NCBI RefSeq assembly: GCF_001194135.2
Contig: NC_068984.1
Coordinates: 49,412,145 to 49,465,038, forward strand
DNA length: 52,894 bases
From: Octopus bimaculoides
Taxonomy: Eukaryota
Direction of reading: 5' to 3'
Of this stretch, positions 11,718-24,670 are shown in pieces; position 1 is the stretch's first letter, and every line of letters begins with the position of its first letter. Under the pieces are notes generated by a model. It worked only from the letters and a program-made list of their open reading frames with translations, was not told where the DNA came from and did not search any database. The translations under genes and the position numbers were made by a program.

Positions 11718-12224
11718 GTCGGACTACAGTCCGATGACGGCTTACTTGAGTTGAGAAAGCAAAAGGATCTCTATCTACTCTGCTAAGTTTTTTAGAATAA
11801 TACCGGAAACATTACACGTGTTTCAGGTATTCTGAATTGCGTTGTGTTTACTCAAATATATATTATTTACTTTACTACGTACCCAGCTAACGCATTATAC
11901 ACGGATCAAGATACCTGTTAATACTATATCCTGATAAGCAACGTCCATATATAGCGATTTAAATCCAAAGTTATCTAAATACTCGAAGAATAGAGGTTCA
12001 TCTGTAATAAAGAACAATTATTTCCAATTATTTTCGGTTTATCTAAGAGAACAGTAACAATACAATATTTCACATTATCTCAATACCGCTGGCTAAAATA
12101 GTTGTAGAGATATCTTCATTATATATGTTTCAAATACTCCGAATTACACTTTGTTACATGTATGTATGTATGTACGTATGTATGTATGTATGTATGTATG
12201 TATGTATGTATGTATTGGCTTAAT

Positions 12225-12699
12225 ACTCTCTCTCTTTTACTCTTTTTACTTGTTTCAGTCATTTGACTGTGGCCATGCTGGAGCACCGCCTTTAGTCGAG
12301 CAAATCGACCCCAGGACTTATTCCTTGGATGCCTAGTAATTATTCTATCGGTCTTTTATGCCGAACCGCTAAGTTACGGGGACATAAACATACCACCATC
12401 GGTTGTCAAGCGATGTTGGGGGNNNNNNNNNNNNNNNNNNNNNNNNNNNNNNNNNNNNNNNNNNNNNNNNNNNNNNNNNNNNNNNNNNNNNGGGGGACAA
12501 ACACAGACACAGACATATACACAAACATACACATATATATACGACAGGCTTCTTTCAGTTTCCGTCTACCAAATCCACTCAAAAGGCTTTGGTCGGCCCG
12601 AGGCTATAGTAGAAGACACTTGCCCAAGGTGCTACGCAGTAAGAATGAATTCGGAACCATGTGGTTGGTTAGCAAGCTACTTACCACACAGCCACTCCT
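12225..12699 (-). mobile_element. tRNA-derived SINE family A, full length (spans an N-gap)
   Basis: Head aggagTGGCTGTGTGGtaagtagcttgc, core caccttgggcaagtgtcttctactatagcctcgggccgacc, central microsatellite and tail gactgaaacaagtaaaaagagta. Co-linear with 30719-31124. Confidence 0.92.
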
Positions 12700-14140
12700 T
12701 TAGTTAATAAATTTGCATCTCCATCACGAGTTCACATCCTCGATGCCACTGTGTGGCATTTGCAGCATATACAGAGGTTTCTTTTTGGTCGTGCTATCTA
12801 TACAAATAAAGACATATCATTATATTGCCAGAGCACATAACAATGAACAACAGATTTTTTGAAACCATCAGCTTATAAATCACTGACTGTTTTGAGGAAG
12901 GAGAGGGTGACATATGTACATAGATTTGCTTTTCATATATCTGCCAAAGATTTTGAAAGTTTCCATTTCAATATATTCATTATCGATTGATTTGTAAATC
13001 TTCATATTTGCCACTTAAAGATCTAATTATGGATTCCTTGAGCATGTAAATTAACTTTGATCTTTCTTTTTTTTTCCAAACTATAAAAGAAAGATTTCNN
13101 NNNNNNNNNNNNNNNNNNNNNNNNNNNNNNNNNNNNNNNNNNNNNNNNNNNNNNNNNNNNNNNNNNNNNNNNNNNNNNNNNNNNNNNNNNNNNNNNNNNN
13201 NNNNNNNNNNNNNNNNNNNNNNNNNNNNNNNNNNNNNNNNNNNNNNNNNNNNNNNNNNNNNNNNNNNNNNNNNNNNNNNNNNNNNNNNNNNNNNNNNNNN
13301 NNNNNNNNNNNNNNNNNNNNNNNNNNNNNNNNNNNNNNNNNNNNNNNNNNNNNNNNNNNNNNNNNNNNNNNNNNNNNNNNNNNNNNNNNNNNNNNNNNNN
13401 NNNNNNNNNNAACAAATTCATATTCTAAACACTTATTATATACATATTTATGTAATTGTCTCTAACATTAAAAGTAACAAGTATAAAAATATTTGGCAAA
13501 GGAGCAAAATAAATGTAAGCTGAATCTATTTTAAAGAAAAGAAAATTTAAAAGAAATATTTATTAAAATGTTTACTGATAGACTTTAAGTTTTAACAGGA
13601 TAAGTTATACCGGATAAGAAGGAATCCAGTGATTGGCTATTTTATGAATGCGAGAACTTTGCTTCTAGCTTTTGTAACAAACACTGAATATTACGAAAAC
13701 AGAAAATAGATGCGTTACATAGAAAACTGAAGCATCAAAAATCAGTAAAGCACTAAGTCATTATCAAATCAGACAAGGAAAATACAGTCTGTAAATAGTT
13801 GGCAAGGAGTGTTTGAAGAAATATATTCGCATTTTGTATTTCGTATTTTTCTCTTTTGCCAAATGTTAGGGCTGCATAAATGAAAAATTCACATACGAGT
13901 AAACAATGGTACTATGTTTGGAATCTTTCCAAAGACATTCTAAGTAATATCTAATGCCAGTTAGTTATCTTAAATATGTAGACGATGCAATAATAGGATG
14001 ATAACTGCATGAAGTATAAAAAAAAAATTATGCACATTTGACACATTTACATAATAGTTGAAGAAAAAATATGATACTTTATTATTTCCATGGACATCAA
14101 TACTTTTGCAGCATAGCTGGGTCTACATTTTACGCCATAC

Positions 14141-14165
14141 TTATTATTATTGTTGTTGTTGTTGT

Positions 14166-14226
<61 letters not shown>

Positions 14227-14227
14227 T

Positions 14228-14265
<38 letters not shown>

Positions 14266-14266
14266 T
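14141..14266. repeat. Compound (TTA)(TTG)(TAG)(CAG)(TAG) trinucleotide microsatellite
   Basis: Direct reading. It abuts the 3' end of the R4/Dong element. Confidence 0.97.
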
Positions 14267-15675
14267 GTACTTTCCATATGGCAAGAATCTGCTGTCGTTA
14301 CTAGATACCAAAGAGAGAGTCATAGCCACTAACGATGAGACCTTTGAGATTCTTTTATCAGCTCAATTTTCAAGTGCCTTCCTTAGGGTCCTTGCATTTC
14401 CAAGTAATACAGTTTAGTGTGTTCTGTTTGAATCTCGATTCCAATTTTCTCTATCCATGATTTCATCTCTTTCCGAATGTATCAAGAGCGCCCATAATCA
14501 CTGGAACAATTTCAACTTCTTCGTGTTTTAGTCACTAACAACTTCTCTTTTCAAGTCTTGTTTTTTTCTCATTCTTTCCTTGTCCTTCTCACTTACTGAA
14601 GATTCTACATCAGTTATTATCACCTGGAGACACTATATCAGTCGCTGTGTAGTATCTTTCTTTCACATTCGCAGTAACAATTAATAACATCGGGTCTTCT
14701 CGCCTCAACGACTTGATCGCATTGAATGTTAAAACCCCACAATTTCCTCATTTTCTTTTCTTCCACTGCATTGGTTTGGTGTCCGTACCACCTATTGTGT
14801 CTGTCTCAATTATATTTTCCACAGTTTCTCTTAAACGATACTTGCAATATTTTATATTCTATTTGTACACATCTACTGTATTTGCTTACAGTGTAACTAC
14901 ATAAAAGTAACTCAGCATTTTTATCGATGTGATATTTATAATACTTTGTTTTAAGCGATTTTGCTTGTGTTGCACAAATTAGCACTTGTTCCAACCGCTG
15001 AGCTTGATTTTCGCAGCCAATCATATGACGTTCGCTTATCCACACTATTATTCATATCTCTGATAAACTATCCTAACATTGTATTTCACACCATAATGTC
15101 ACATTTTACTCTTTTCTGAATTTCATATGTTTATATTCTATTAATTATCTGAGATACTTTTACACCAACCACCAACGGTTCTGGATGATTAGCAACATAG
15201 CATCTCAAAATTTGTTCTCTGCAACTTAGCAAATATTTTCTTCCATTCTTCCTGGGCAATGAAGCTTGTGAATATTTCTTTCCGGACGTAATACTGTTTT
15301 CATTTTCCGTGTGTTTCTGTCTATCTTCTTGAGTTCTTTCTTATTCCGTTAGAAAATGCTTATTCTATATCTTTTATGTGATACATCCCATAATATACTT
15401 CTTACATTTAATTTTGTCTTTAATATCAAAGTCAATTTAATCTTCTTCGCTATGTTTAACCTTGTCGGCTTCTAGTACTATCTCAGTGCTTATATCCATA
15501 CACCTCTACAGCCTTCATTAATTTATCACCAAGTATCATTATCCTATCCCATCTCCTGACACCATCGTCTTTCTTTTTATTGAAATGTAACACAATTATA
15601 TGTCCCAAATGCCATTTCTATGTTTTTCTGAAGTAAATAAAAAATATGGACCAAAGAATCTACCTGTTTTTCACC
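14267..15675 (-). mobile_element. Decayed R4/Dong-clade LINE (end of RT, zinc-knuckle region, RLE endonuclease)
   Basis: Fragments across frames: EKQVDSL..MAFG..YGYK..LEADKVKHSE; SYDWLRKS..EQVLICATQAKSLKTKYYKYHIDKNAELLLC; FNIQCDQVVEARRPDVI; VEIVPVIMGAL; LLGNARTLRKALEN*. Confidence 0.88.
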
Positions 15676-17371
15676 TTCTGCGAACAGTCTAAGATCGAAC
15701 ATAAACAAAAAATATTATTATGATTATTTTTATCATAATCATCTTCAAAATCATCGTCGTCGTCAGCATCCTCTTCATCATCTATGTTTGTACGCTAAGG
15801 CCCAAATGTGTTACGCTGTCGCGTGGTTGGTCGAATGGGAAGACGAAGAGTGAAAGAGAAAGAGGGAGAGAGAAGTGTTAATGCCGTGAGGTAAGGGGAG
15901 CGTAATAGTTATTACGTGGTTAAAAAGTTAGTTGAAGTAAGTGATATAGAAAGAGTTAGAAATAGAATGTTTAGCAGAGGGGCGATGTTCTGGTGGTAAG
16001 ATAAAAGAACGGCAAACAGAGAGGAGGAAGAGTAGTGACATTATTGCCAGCCGATGCATTGAGCTGTCATGCGGTTAGTGGAAGTGACAGGTGAAGAGAA
16101 AAAGAGAGAAAAGATAACGATGTAAAACAGGGGATGACATGGTTAAAAAGTTCATTGAAGTAAGGTAGAGAAAGAGAGAGAGAGAGGGAAATAAAGTATT
16201 TAGCAGATGGATTTGCCAATCTATTTATCTGTCTATCCACATTGACATCGATGGCTGGACGAAAGAAAGGAAAGTTTACTATTGGATGTGATAATAAACT
16301 TATCACAGAAAGAAAGATAGATTTTTCAATGAAAGTGAAGTAACCTAGCAAAATAGCTATAGATGTTATAGATATTATCTTTCTTTTAATTTGTTATTCG
16401 AACTTTGTATTGACAACAAGAAAAGTAGATATAAACAAAGTATTGAACTGAAATGAAACGAACAGCTTAGACTAAGCTTTGTTACTGAAAACTAGAATGA
16501 TGGTAGTGGGGGCGATGGGGGATAATGGTGATGGTGGTGGTGATGATGATGGTGGTGGAAGTAGTGGCGATGGTGAGTGGATAATCAAAAGTACTTTTTT
16601 ATTTAAATTGAACTAATTTTTTTATATCGCCTATCGCTTAACACATAAACTTGTTTATATCTCTCATTTTATAACATTCTATAGAATTAGCATTTGCGAG
16701 ACATCTAACAGATTTGAGAATTGTGTTACATGCGCGCTTATTTGTCCAATCATTTATCTCTTTAGTTAGTTAGTCATTCATTCATATATATTTTTTCCGT
16801 CAAGAGGGCAAGACTGAGTTTTGTTAAAGAAAAGAAATTGAAGGGAAAGTGAAAATATACCGATATAGTCAAGTCAAGAAACCTTATTAGTTGAACGGTT
16901 TTTTAAGGGCATTAATTTGTTGTCAATAATAATTGTCTTAGTATCTGTATCTGAGGAATATGTAAAAGATAAAATTAAAATGTTTTGAGTTCTTTAGACA
17001 ATAATGATGAAAACAATACTAATAATAACTGGTTGCACAAAAAGAGATGAGAAATCTACAAAGAGATACGAAACAGATGTACACTCCCTTAAATAAAACA
17101 AAAAGAACAAGCTAACAGGAAAGCCTCTACACGGTCACTTTCCCTAACAGATATGTAGTATCCACATAATCTCGTATCAGAGCCCACAGATTTAGAAGAA
17201 ATGACACGTTGGGTAATGTAATCTTAGATACACGTGGACTGTAAAGCAAAAAAAAAAAGACAAGATGGTCACGATTTATATGCTTTTAGATATCAGCCTG
17301 CTTTACCAAGCCTCTTCTGGGCTAAACATGAACATATAAAAAGGCTGTTCGACCCACTTTCACCTGTCTTT

Positions 17372-17505
17372 CGGATGACTATATTTCGGATAAGCAGCAT
17401 AATTCCAGTTGTTTGAGTTGTATCCTATTATTCAGGGACACAGGTTTTGTTATGTTATGTTATATTTGTAAGACTGAGATATCCAGAAAAAGCTATCACT
17501 GAATA
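17372..17505 (-). repeat. Internally deleted copy of the repeat at 21855-22050
   Basis: Blocks cggatgactat, agcagcataatt, tttgagttgtatcc.attattcaggg, ggacacagg and tgttatatttgtaagactgaga are shared and in the same order. Confidence 0.75.
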
Positions 17506-18959
17506 AGAAATTACGCCAGTATCGTACTCGATCCTCGCTCATACTTTTTGACGGATTACTTGAAGAAAATGGTGACAATGAATTTAAACAGCAAAAAACT
17601 GAAATTTGATTTCTTCAGTCTTAAGCAAATATATTACTCCTTTTATTTCAGCTGCTAAGCTGATAAAGTTGTCTTGCTGAAAATGTTCTATTCTTGGTCC
17701 ATCATCACCTATAAACTTTTCCCGACAATTTTGTTTGTTCTATTCCTATAATGAACTCTACCCTCCAACCCTCAGCGCTACCCTTATCTCTCCATTATAA
17801 TCATTTTATGAAGTGTTTTCTTTTCCTGTAAATCATATAACAAATAATATAGGCAATCCTTTAGCCTGAAAACTTTTCTGATAATACACACACACGCATA
17901 TGTACATATAAAAATTCTACAGTATTTTTTATCTCCAACAATTTAAGCTCTATTCTAAGAACTCCAGTCTACTAAAACGCTAATCTCATCTAGCTCCCAA
18001 TTCCACTGAATTGAGAGACTTCCTATTTCCTGTATAAAGTGTCCTACCTCTTTGCAGACAATAATAGGAACTGTATTCTTAATTTGTTTATACAATATCA
18101 CTACCTTCCAAGACGATAATAATGTGTAAGGACATTTGTGATATTAAAAATGGCAATCAAATCACATCCTAGCACTTTTGAAAAAAAACAGAGATTCATA
18201 CTGGGTAATGTAGTCAGTCTAAAATAAACTATGTCGAAAGAATGTGGTGGTTTCAACTGGAATTTCTTTTATCATAGGCATGCTCAATCAGAATAATATG
18301 ATGCTAAGCAACAATTTCATCGCTACAAGAATCGCAAAATATCTTCTACCCACCATCATCACCACAGTTATCTATTGAGCACTATTTACACTTTGATTGT
18401 CCCTACTCAATAAAGACGTAAACTCCTTTCAATTCGGTGCCTTTTTGAGTAGTTATCAGTCTATCCAGAAGAGTTTATTTCAGTATGATAGTGATCTAAG
18501 CAGGATTTTGATATCAGAATAGGAGAACTTTGATCATAAATAAAATATTGTCGCATGAAAATTAACACCAAAGAGCGATGATTTCTAGACGCGTTTCTTC
18601 TTTTGTGCTACGATAGCATATTTCTTGGAAACCAATTTAGGAATAGTAGATTCTTAATTCTAGAAAATATAGAGGAATATTTCAAACGGAGCCATGTCCA
18701 TTATTTATTTTACAGTTTATGTTCGGATAAGGCGCAGAGCACGTTTAACGCCAGGTGCAATCTACAGAGAAAATGCATAGATCCAGCTAATTAGCAGATG
18801 TAAATGACAATGCAGACTGAAGTAAAGATAGGGATCAATGTCTTTAACTAATTTAGATAGTGGTAATAAAGTTGTTGTCAGAGAAATCATGAGCAGAAAA
18901 GGTCCTTATGAAGGATTAAAGTAAAAGACTACAGAGTTGTTGCAATATTGTAAATCTGT

Positions 18960-19392
18960 GAGGCGGCGAACTGGCAGAAACGTAAGCACGCAGGGCGAAA
19001 TGCTTAGCGGTATTTCGTCTGCTGCTACGTTCTGAGTTCAAATTCCACCGAGGTCGACTTTGCCTTTCATCCTTTCGGGGTCGATAAATTAAGTACCAGT
19101 TACGCACTGGGGTCGATGTAATCGACTTAACCCCTTTGTCTGTCCTTGTTTGTCCCCTCTATGTTTAGCTCCTTGTGGGCAATAAAGAAATAAGAAACGT
19201 TAGCACACCGTGCGAAATTCTTAGCGGTATTTCGTCTGCCGTTACGTTCTGAGTTCAAATTCCGCCGAGGTCGATTTTGCCTTTCATCCTTTCGGGTTCG
19301 ATAAATTAAGTACCAGTTACGTACTGGGGTCGATCTAATTGATTGCCGCCCCCTCACCAAAAATTTCGGGCCTTGTGCCTAGAGTAGAAACG
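18960..19392 (+). mobile_element. Dimeric family-B tRNA-derived SINE with a 16-bp TSD
   Basis: Monomer 1 spans 18960-19193 and monomer 2 spans 19194-19392. Both carry gttctgagttcaaattcc (B box) and the ttgcctttcatcctttcggg.tcgataaattaagtaccagttac core. TSD aatattgtaaatctgt at 18944-18959 and 19393-19408. Confidence 0.93.
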
Positions 19393-19676
19393 AATATTGT
19401 AAATCTGTATTGTGTTCTTGAATAAGTGTCGATTACTAAACAGCCTCAGCCATGCGACTTTCAAAACCAAAAACAATCTTGCGAATATTACTGTTTTTAT
19501 TGTATGGTTATGAAAATAGGATTAAAAAGCAAATTCATTCAGTCTGCCGAATTTTATTCGCTGGCTTTGGTTTCTCAAGGTTATCTTAATCAACATATGC
19601 CTCAGATGCTACACAGTGATTGTGAACCTAACTTGCAACGCCAACTTCTCAATCTATCCTATCTATGTATCTTTCG

Positions 19677-19678
<2 letters not shown>

Positions 19679-19738
<60 letters not shown>
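19679..19738. repeat. (GT)n microsatellite running into a gap
   Basis: Direct reading. Confidence 0.97.
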
Positions 19739-21539
19739 NNNNNNNNNNNNNNNNNNNNNNNNNNNNNNNNNNNNNNNNNNNNNNNNNNNNNNNNNNNNNN
19801 NNNNNNNNNNNNNNNNNNNNNNNNNNNNNNNNNNNNNNNNNNNNNNNNNNNNNNNNNNNNNNNNNNNNNNNNNNNNNNNNNNNNNNNNNNNNNNNNNNNN
19901 NNNNNNNNNNNNNNNNNNNNNNNNNNNNNNNNNNNNNNNNNNNNNNNNNNNNNNNNNNNNNNNNNNNNNNNNNNNNNNNNNNNNNNNNNNNNNNNNNNNN
20001 NNNNNNNNNNNNNNNNNNNNNNNNNNNNNNNNNNNNNNNNNNNNNNNNNNNNNNNNNNNNNNNNNNNNNNNNNNNNNNNNNNNNNNNNNNNNNNNNNNNN
20101 NNNNNNNNNNNNNNNNNNNNNNNNNNNNNNNNNNNNNNNNNNNNNNNNNNNNNNNNNNNNNNNNNNNNNNNNNNNNNNNNNNNNNNNNNNNNNNNNNNNN
20201 NNNNNNNNNNNNNNNNNNNNNNNNNNNNNNNNNNNNNNNNNNNNNNNNNNNNNNNNNNNNNNNNNNNNNNNNNNNNNNNNNNNNNNNNNNNNNNNNNNNN
20301 NNNNNNNNNNNNNNNNNNNNNNNNNNNNNNNNNNNNNNNNNNNNNNNNNNNNNNNNNNNNNNNNNNNNNNNNNNNNNNNNNNNNNNNNNNNNNNNNNNNN
20401 NNNNNNNNNNNNNNNNNNATATATATATATATATATATAAAGAACAGCTTTTGCTTCCGCTTTAGTACCTTAAACTATAATCCTTTAGTTCGTTTATGTC
20501 ATTGAATTTAGAATCATACAGGTACCACTTTCGGTGGTTACTAGTCTCTGCAGTTGGTGCCGTCACAGATCAATGACCTTTGGTTATGATTAGTTAGTGC
20601 AAACTGATGGATCTGTTCTGGGAAGTTACTCTACCTTTGCAGATGGTTGATGAGAAATACTCTAAAATAGTACATCCAGATGCTTTTTTAATGTTGCAGG
20701 AAAAACATATATGATAATCTATTTATATATTTATTTACTTGAATTTAATTTCTGTTTCATGTGGGTATTTGCTTTTTGTTTTGTTTGCTTTTCACCTTAG
20801 TATTCTTTTTTTTTTTTTTTTGTGGTGTTACTTGTATTTTTATTCCATTTTTCAATAAACATTTAAAACGCATATTTAGATAAAATAAATATCATCTTAA
20901 ACATTGAACTGGAAATATTTTGAAATATAAAAGTGATGAAAATATATTACCATTGGTGTAGAAAAAAAAAACAAACAAACAACCAGACAAAAAAATAAAG
21001 GCAACAACGTTTATTTATTGATTTGCTAATTCTATATCGAAAGTCATACAGATTTATCAATTTGTTGAATTAGAAAGTAAAATTTTGTTTCGAGACGTAT
21101 TGGTAGAACGTTTGTCTATTATCAAAAAAATAATGTGATTCGTATACAATCAGTACTCACGTATGTCCATGATCAAATTATTTTGATTCTCTCATTCCGA
21201 TACTTATAACGTTTTTAAAAATTGACCTATGTTACACTGACTTGAAATGTTGAATCAATTTCTTCTGGAGCTTTATCTCGGAAAGCGATGTGGCTCATCG
21301 AGCTGATTGACATAAACTCTTTATATTGTTTTCATATTAGTCAATGGCCTCTGCCTTTTAAACACAAAACTACTTTGCTATGCGATTTATCTATAGTATC
21401 TATTTTTTCGTGTTAGGGGAGAAAAGGGATAAATATGATGTTATTAACTTCTTCAAAAGCATATGTTGCAAGTAAAATGAAATTAATTTAACTGGAATTA
21501 CTATCCAGAAACTAAAAAGAAATCTCTTGTAATATGATG

Positions 21540-22227
21540 TTCCTCAGAATCGGTCAGGGGGAAGGGACTGTGCCCATGACTTTCTCAGTCCTCCGAAGGT
21601 AATAATGGAATTCCAACGTGTGTTACATTCGGAAAGAAAGAGTTGGGCATAGCGCGATTTCGGAGAGGAGGCACAGAATGAGTGATGAGGAAACAAACAG
21701 TGACGAGGGAGCTTGAGAGGAGTAGTATGTAATTTATCGAGCCCCGGGGAGCAATGACTATTGTTGAAACAGTTGACGCGAAATGTTTAGTAGAGGACGT
21801 ATCTGTGGACTAGGGATTGAAATCTGTTGGTGATTGAATAGTTGCTAGTAAACCGGATGACTATGTTTCGGATACTGTCTGGGGGTTTTGTGCTTAGTAG
21901 CAGCATAATTCGAGTAGTTTGAGTTGTATCCCATTATTCAGGGTTGAAGTATTATCCGGTTACTAAAGAAGGTAGTTAATTTTGGGGACACAGGCTTTTT
22001 ATGTTATATTTGTAAGACTGAGACATCCAGAAGAAATTATCACTAAATATGAGACCTAACATTTGTAGCCACTTAGAGGAGTTTAAATGCGTGCTGTCTC
22101 TTATTAGATAGGGTGATAAGAGTATTTCCTTGATATATACAATGATTGACTTTGAGCTGTTTAAGGACACAATGACGCCATGTCCCCATTGGAACGCAGT
22201 AACATTGTACTGCCATGGGAATAACAT
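21540..22227 (-). mobile_element. Interspersed repeat, possibly a very decayed Penelope-like RT fragment
   Basis: A second copy at 17372-17505 shows it is repetitive. One minus frame gives CVPMGT..FLLDVSV..KHSHP, reminiscent of PLE RT GxPMG, FLDV and SxHP motifs, with many stops. Confidence 0.35.
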
Positions 22228-22305
22228 GTTAATGATTCTATCCCTTACATCTTTTCAGCCTTTTGCAAACAGGCTGAAAAAAATGTAAGGGGTAGAATCA
22301 TTAAC
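22228..22305. repeat. 78-bp imperfect fold-back (inverted repeat)
   Basis: gttaatgattctatcccttacatcttttcagcc (22228-22260), an 11-nt spacer, then ggctgaaaaaaatgtaaggggtagaatcattaac (22272-22305). Confidence 0.9.
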
Positions 22306-22433
22306 TTATGTTCAACTAGCTACTCCACGGAAAGCTTATCCAAATTTTTTCACCTCATTTACTTTTTTTTTTTCTTTTATAAAGTAAAAGTGTAATTGTT
22401 ATGAAGGGATTTTGAAATCATTCACTATCCTAA

Positions 22434-22777
22434 TGTTGGCACTCCGTCGGTTACGACAACGAAGGTTCCAGTTGATCCGATCAACGGAACAGCCTGCTCG
22501 TGGCTGAGCAGTCCACAGACACATGTACCCTTAACGTAGTCCTCGGGGGAGATACAGCGTGACACAGGGTGTGACAAGGCTGGCCCCTTTTGAAATACAA
22601 GTACAACAGGAAGACAGAGTGAGAGAAAGTTGTGGTGAAAGAGTACAGCAGGGATCGTCACCGACCCCTACCGGAGCCTCGTGGAGCTTTAGGTGTTTTT
22701 CGCTCAATAAACACTCACAACGCACTCACTACGACCGCAAGTCCGCTGCCCTAACCACAGGGCCATTGCGCCTCCAC
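22434..22777 (-). mobile_element. tRNA-derived SINE family C, B box deleted, with an 11-bp TSD
   Basis: Co-linear with 4357-4694. TSD tcactatccta at 22422-22432 and 22778-22788. Confidence 0.92.
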
Positions 22778-23699
22778 TCACTATCCTATACAGTAGTAAA
22801 TATATTGAGAGTCACTACGAAGCCGCTCGTCCTGCTAGAAACAAAATTTCTCCCGAATCACATTTTACTAACTTTAAAAATAAAGGAAATATATCCTGCA
22901 AATAAACAGGTAACACTGTCATTTTCGTATTTAAGACAATATTGCGAATAACAAAGATAATATGAAGAGCAAATGCTGTAATAATGTCACGGTGTGAATA
23001 AAGAAGTTGAACACAGGAGAGCTAAACACAATGTTTCTAACAATGAGGGATTGTTCTGGCGAGAATGCTTTATTTATAAACCTACTTGATCAGAGCGAAC
23101 AACAACAGTACTAATTTCGTAGATCATCAGCGGAATGAAAACCAAAAGTTGATACCTGCTAGGATTTGAATTCAACGTCTAAACAAACGAAACTATGTAG
23201 AATACAGCTCACGCGCATGCACACACGCACACAGATATAGATATCTAGGTACGCTGCGTCTATCAGCTCACATAATTTAATTTGAATAACCTTATTACCA
23301 AGTGTGACAGCGTGACATAACGATGACCTGATTATATCCTAATGATATTAAACAATGCTCATTCATTTTAATGTAAATGTTTGACATGCAATTTCTCAAT
23401 TGTAAGCTTGCAACTGTAAGTAGTTACATATATAGTTCAAGTTCAGTGGGTGATAATTTAAATTTTAATCTGATATTCGTAAGGATTTAGTTTCTGCTTC
23501 TTTTAGATAAGGCGTAAGAACAGTTGTTAAGCGATGGACTGTCTATGTTGTCACTCAACCTACTTTAAATAGAGATCCAATCTCCCTTATATCACGGTCT
23601 GCATCTTAAAAAAGAAAAGTCGGAGCGGTCACGGATGAAATGCAATTGATCATAGATTTTCTCAACTGAAGTAAATGTATGTATGCATGTATATATAAG

Positions 23700-24670
23700 T
23701 GATCAAGAAGTTCCTTACACCAGCGACATATTTGTTCTATAGCCCTCGGTAGATTGTATGGTAGAAACTTCCAGTTATTTTCTATGTTTTGCATCTCTAG
23801 TTCTTCCTCCTTGCATTAAATGCTTCATCTAATACTTCTCTAAATTTCTGAATATTCGATGAACTTTAAACTTCCTTATCTCTCTTTTCCAGACTAGTTT
23901 CTATTTCTGAGTCCTTCAAGCTCTAAATCTGAAATCACAAGCCACTAACCAATGTTGGGTTAGTGACTTCATGATCCCAACCCTCTATCTCCTGGAGAGG
24001 ATGTAGTCAATCTGACACATGTATCCACCAGATAGGTTATCAAGTGACTGGCTGGTTTTCTGAAGTTAGTGTAGTAGATCATCAAATCCATTGCATCACA
24101 TAACTCCTGCAGCCTTGTTCCTTCTTCATTTCTAGAATCCAAATTGTAACTCCATGTACACCATGGAATTCTTTAAAGTACTGCTCACCAGCCATGATGA
24201 TAGCCTAATTACGATTCATCATTGGGGTAATCTGCAAAAGGCTTCATAAAATCAGTTCTATTCGTCTGCCAGTCTAGATTGAGGGGCATATGCAAAAATA
24301 GACATCTGAGCTTAGCTGTCCTATCACACATTGCCTTAATCACCTTATCTATCCATTTCTCACTCAAAAGTACGCCTTCATTTCCAGCCCATAGTATCAT
24401 TATTGCCCATCCACAAGAATTTATGCCTTTGTTTTTTGCTGTCATCTTCTGTTGTCATAGCTCATACACACAGCATGGATCTATCTCCACTTGAGCATTT
24501 CAATACATCTGACTTAGTTTTCATAGTGCATATACTGAATGTGGATTCTGTAAAGTTATGAACTAGATAGGAAGAATGAGTGGATAGCTGTGGAGCAGTT
24601 TTCAAAACCTGGGTGTAAGGTTTGTACAAATGCTTGCCCACAGGCAGAAGATTCCTGTATATGTCCAATT
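23700..24670 (-). mobile_element. RTE-clade LINE 5' fragment (AP-endonuclease region), decayed
   Basis: Fragments HKFLWMGNNDTMG, GVLLSEKWIDKVI, SIFAYAPQS, SGGYMCQIDYIL and QHWLVACDFR match the RTE APE motif order, with many stops and frameshifts. Confidence 0.85.

Noticed and set aside
11715-11745. Small hairpin tcgtcggact-aca-gtccgatga resembling a hammerhead start
   Set aside because: The core is CCGAUGA, there is no proper helix II or GAAAC arrangement, and the stem is short.
14047-14332. Poly-Ser/Thr/Ala/Val ORFs
   Set aside because: These are translations of the compound trinucleotide microsatellite.
15860-16215. Diverged direct repeat (ggttaaaaagtt..tgaagtaag..tttagcaga) in a purine-rich tract
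   Set aside because: Low-complexity context; an ordinary old local duplication.
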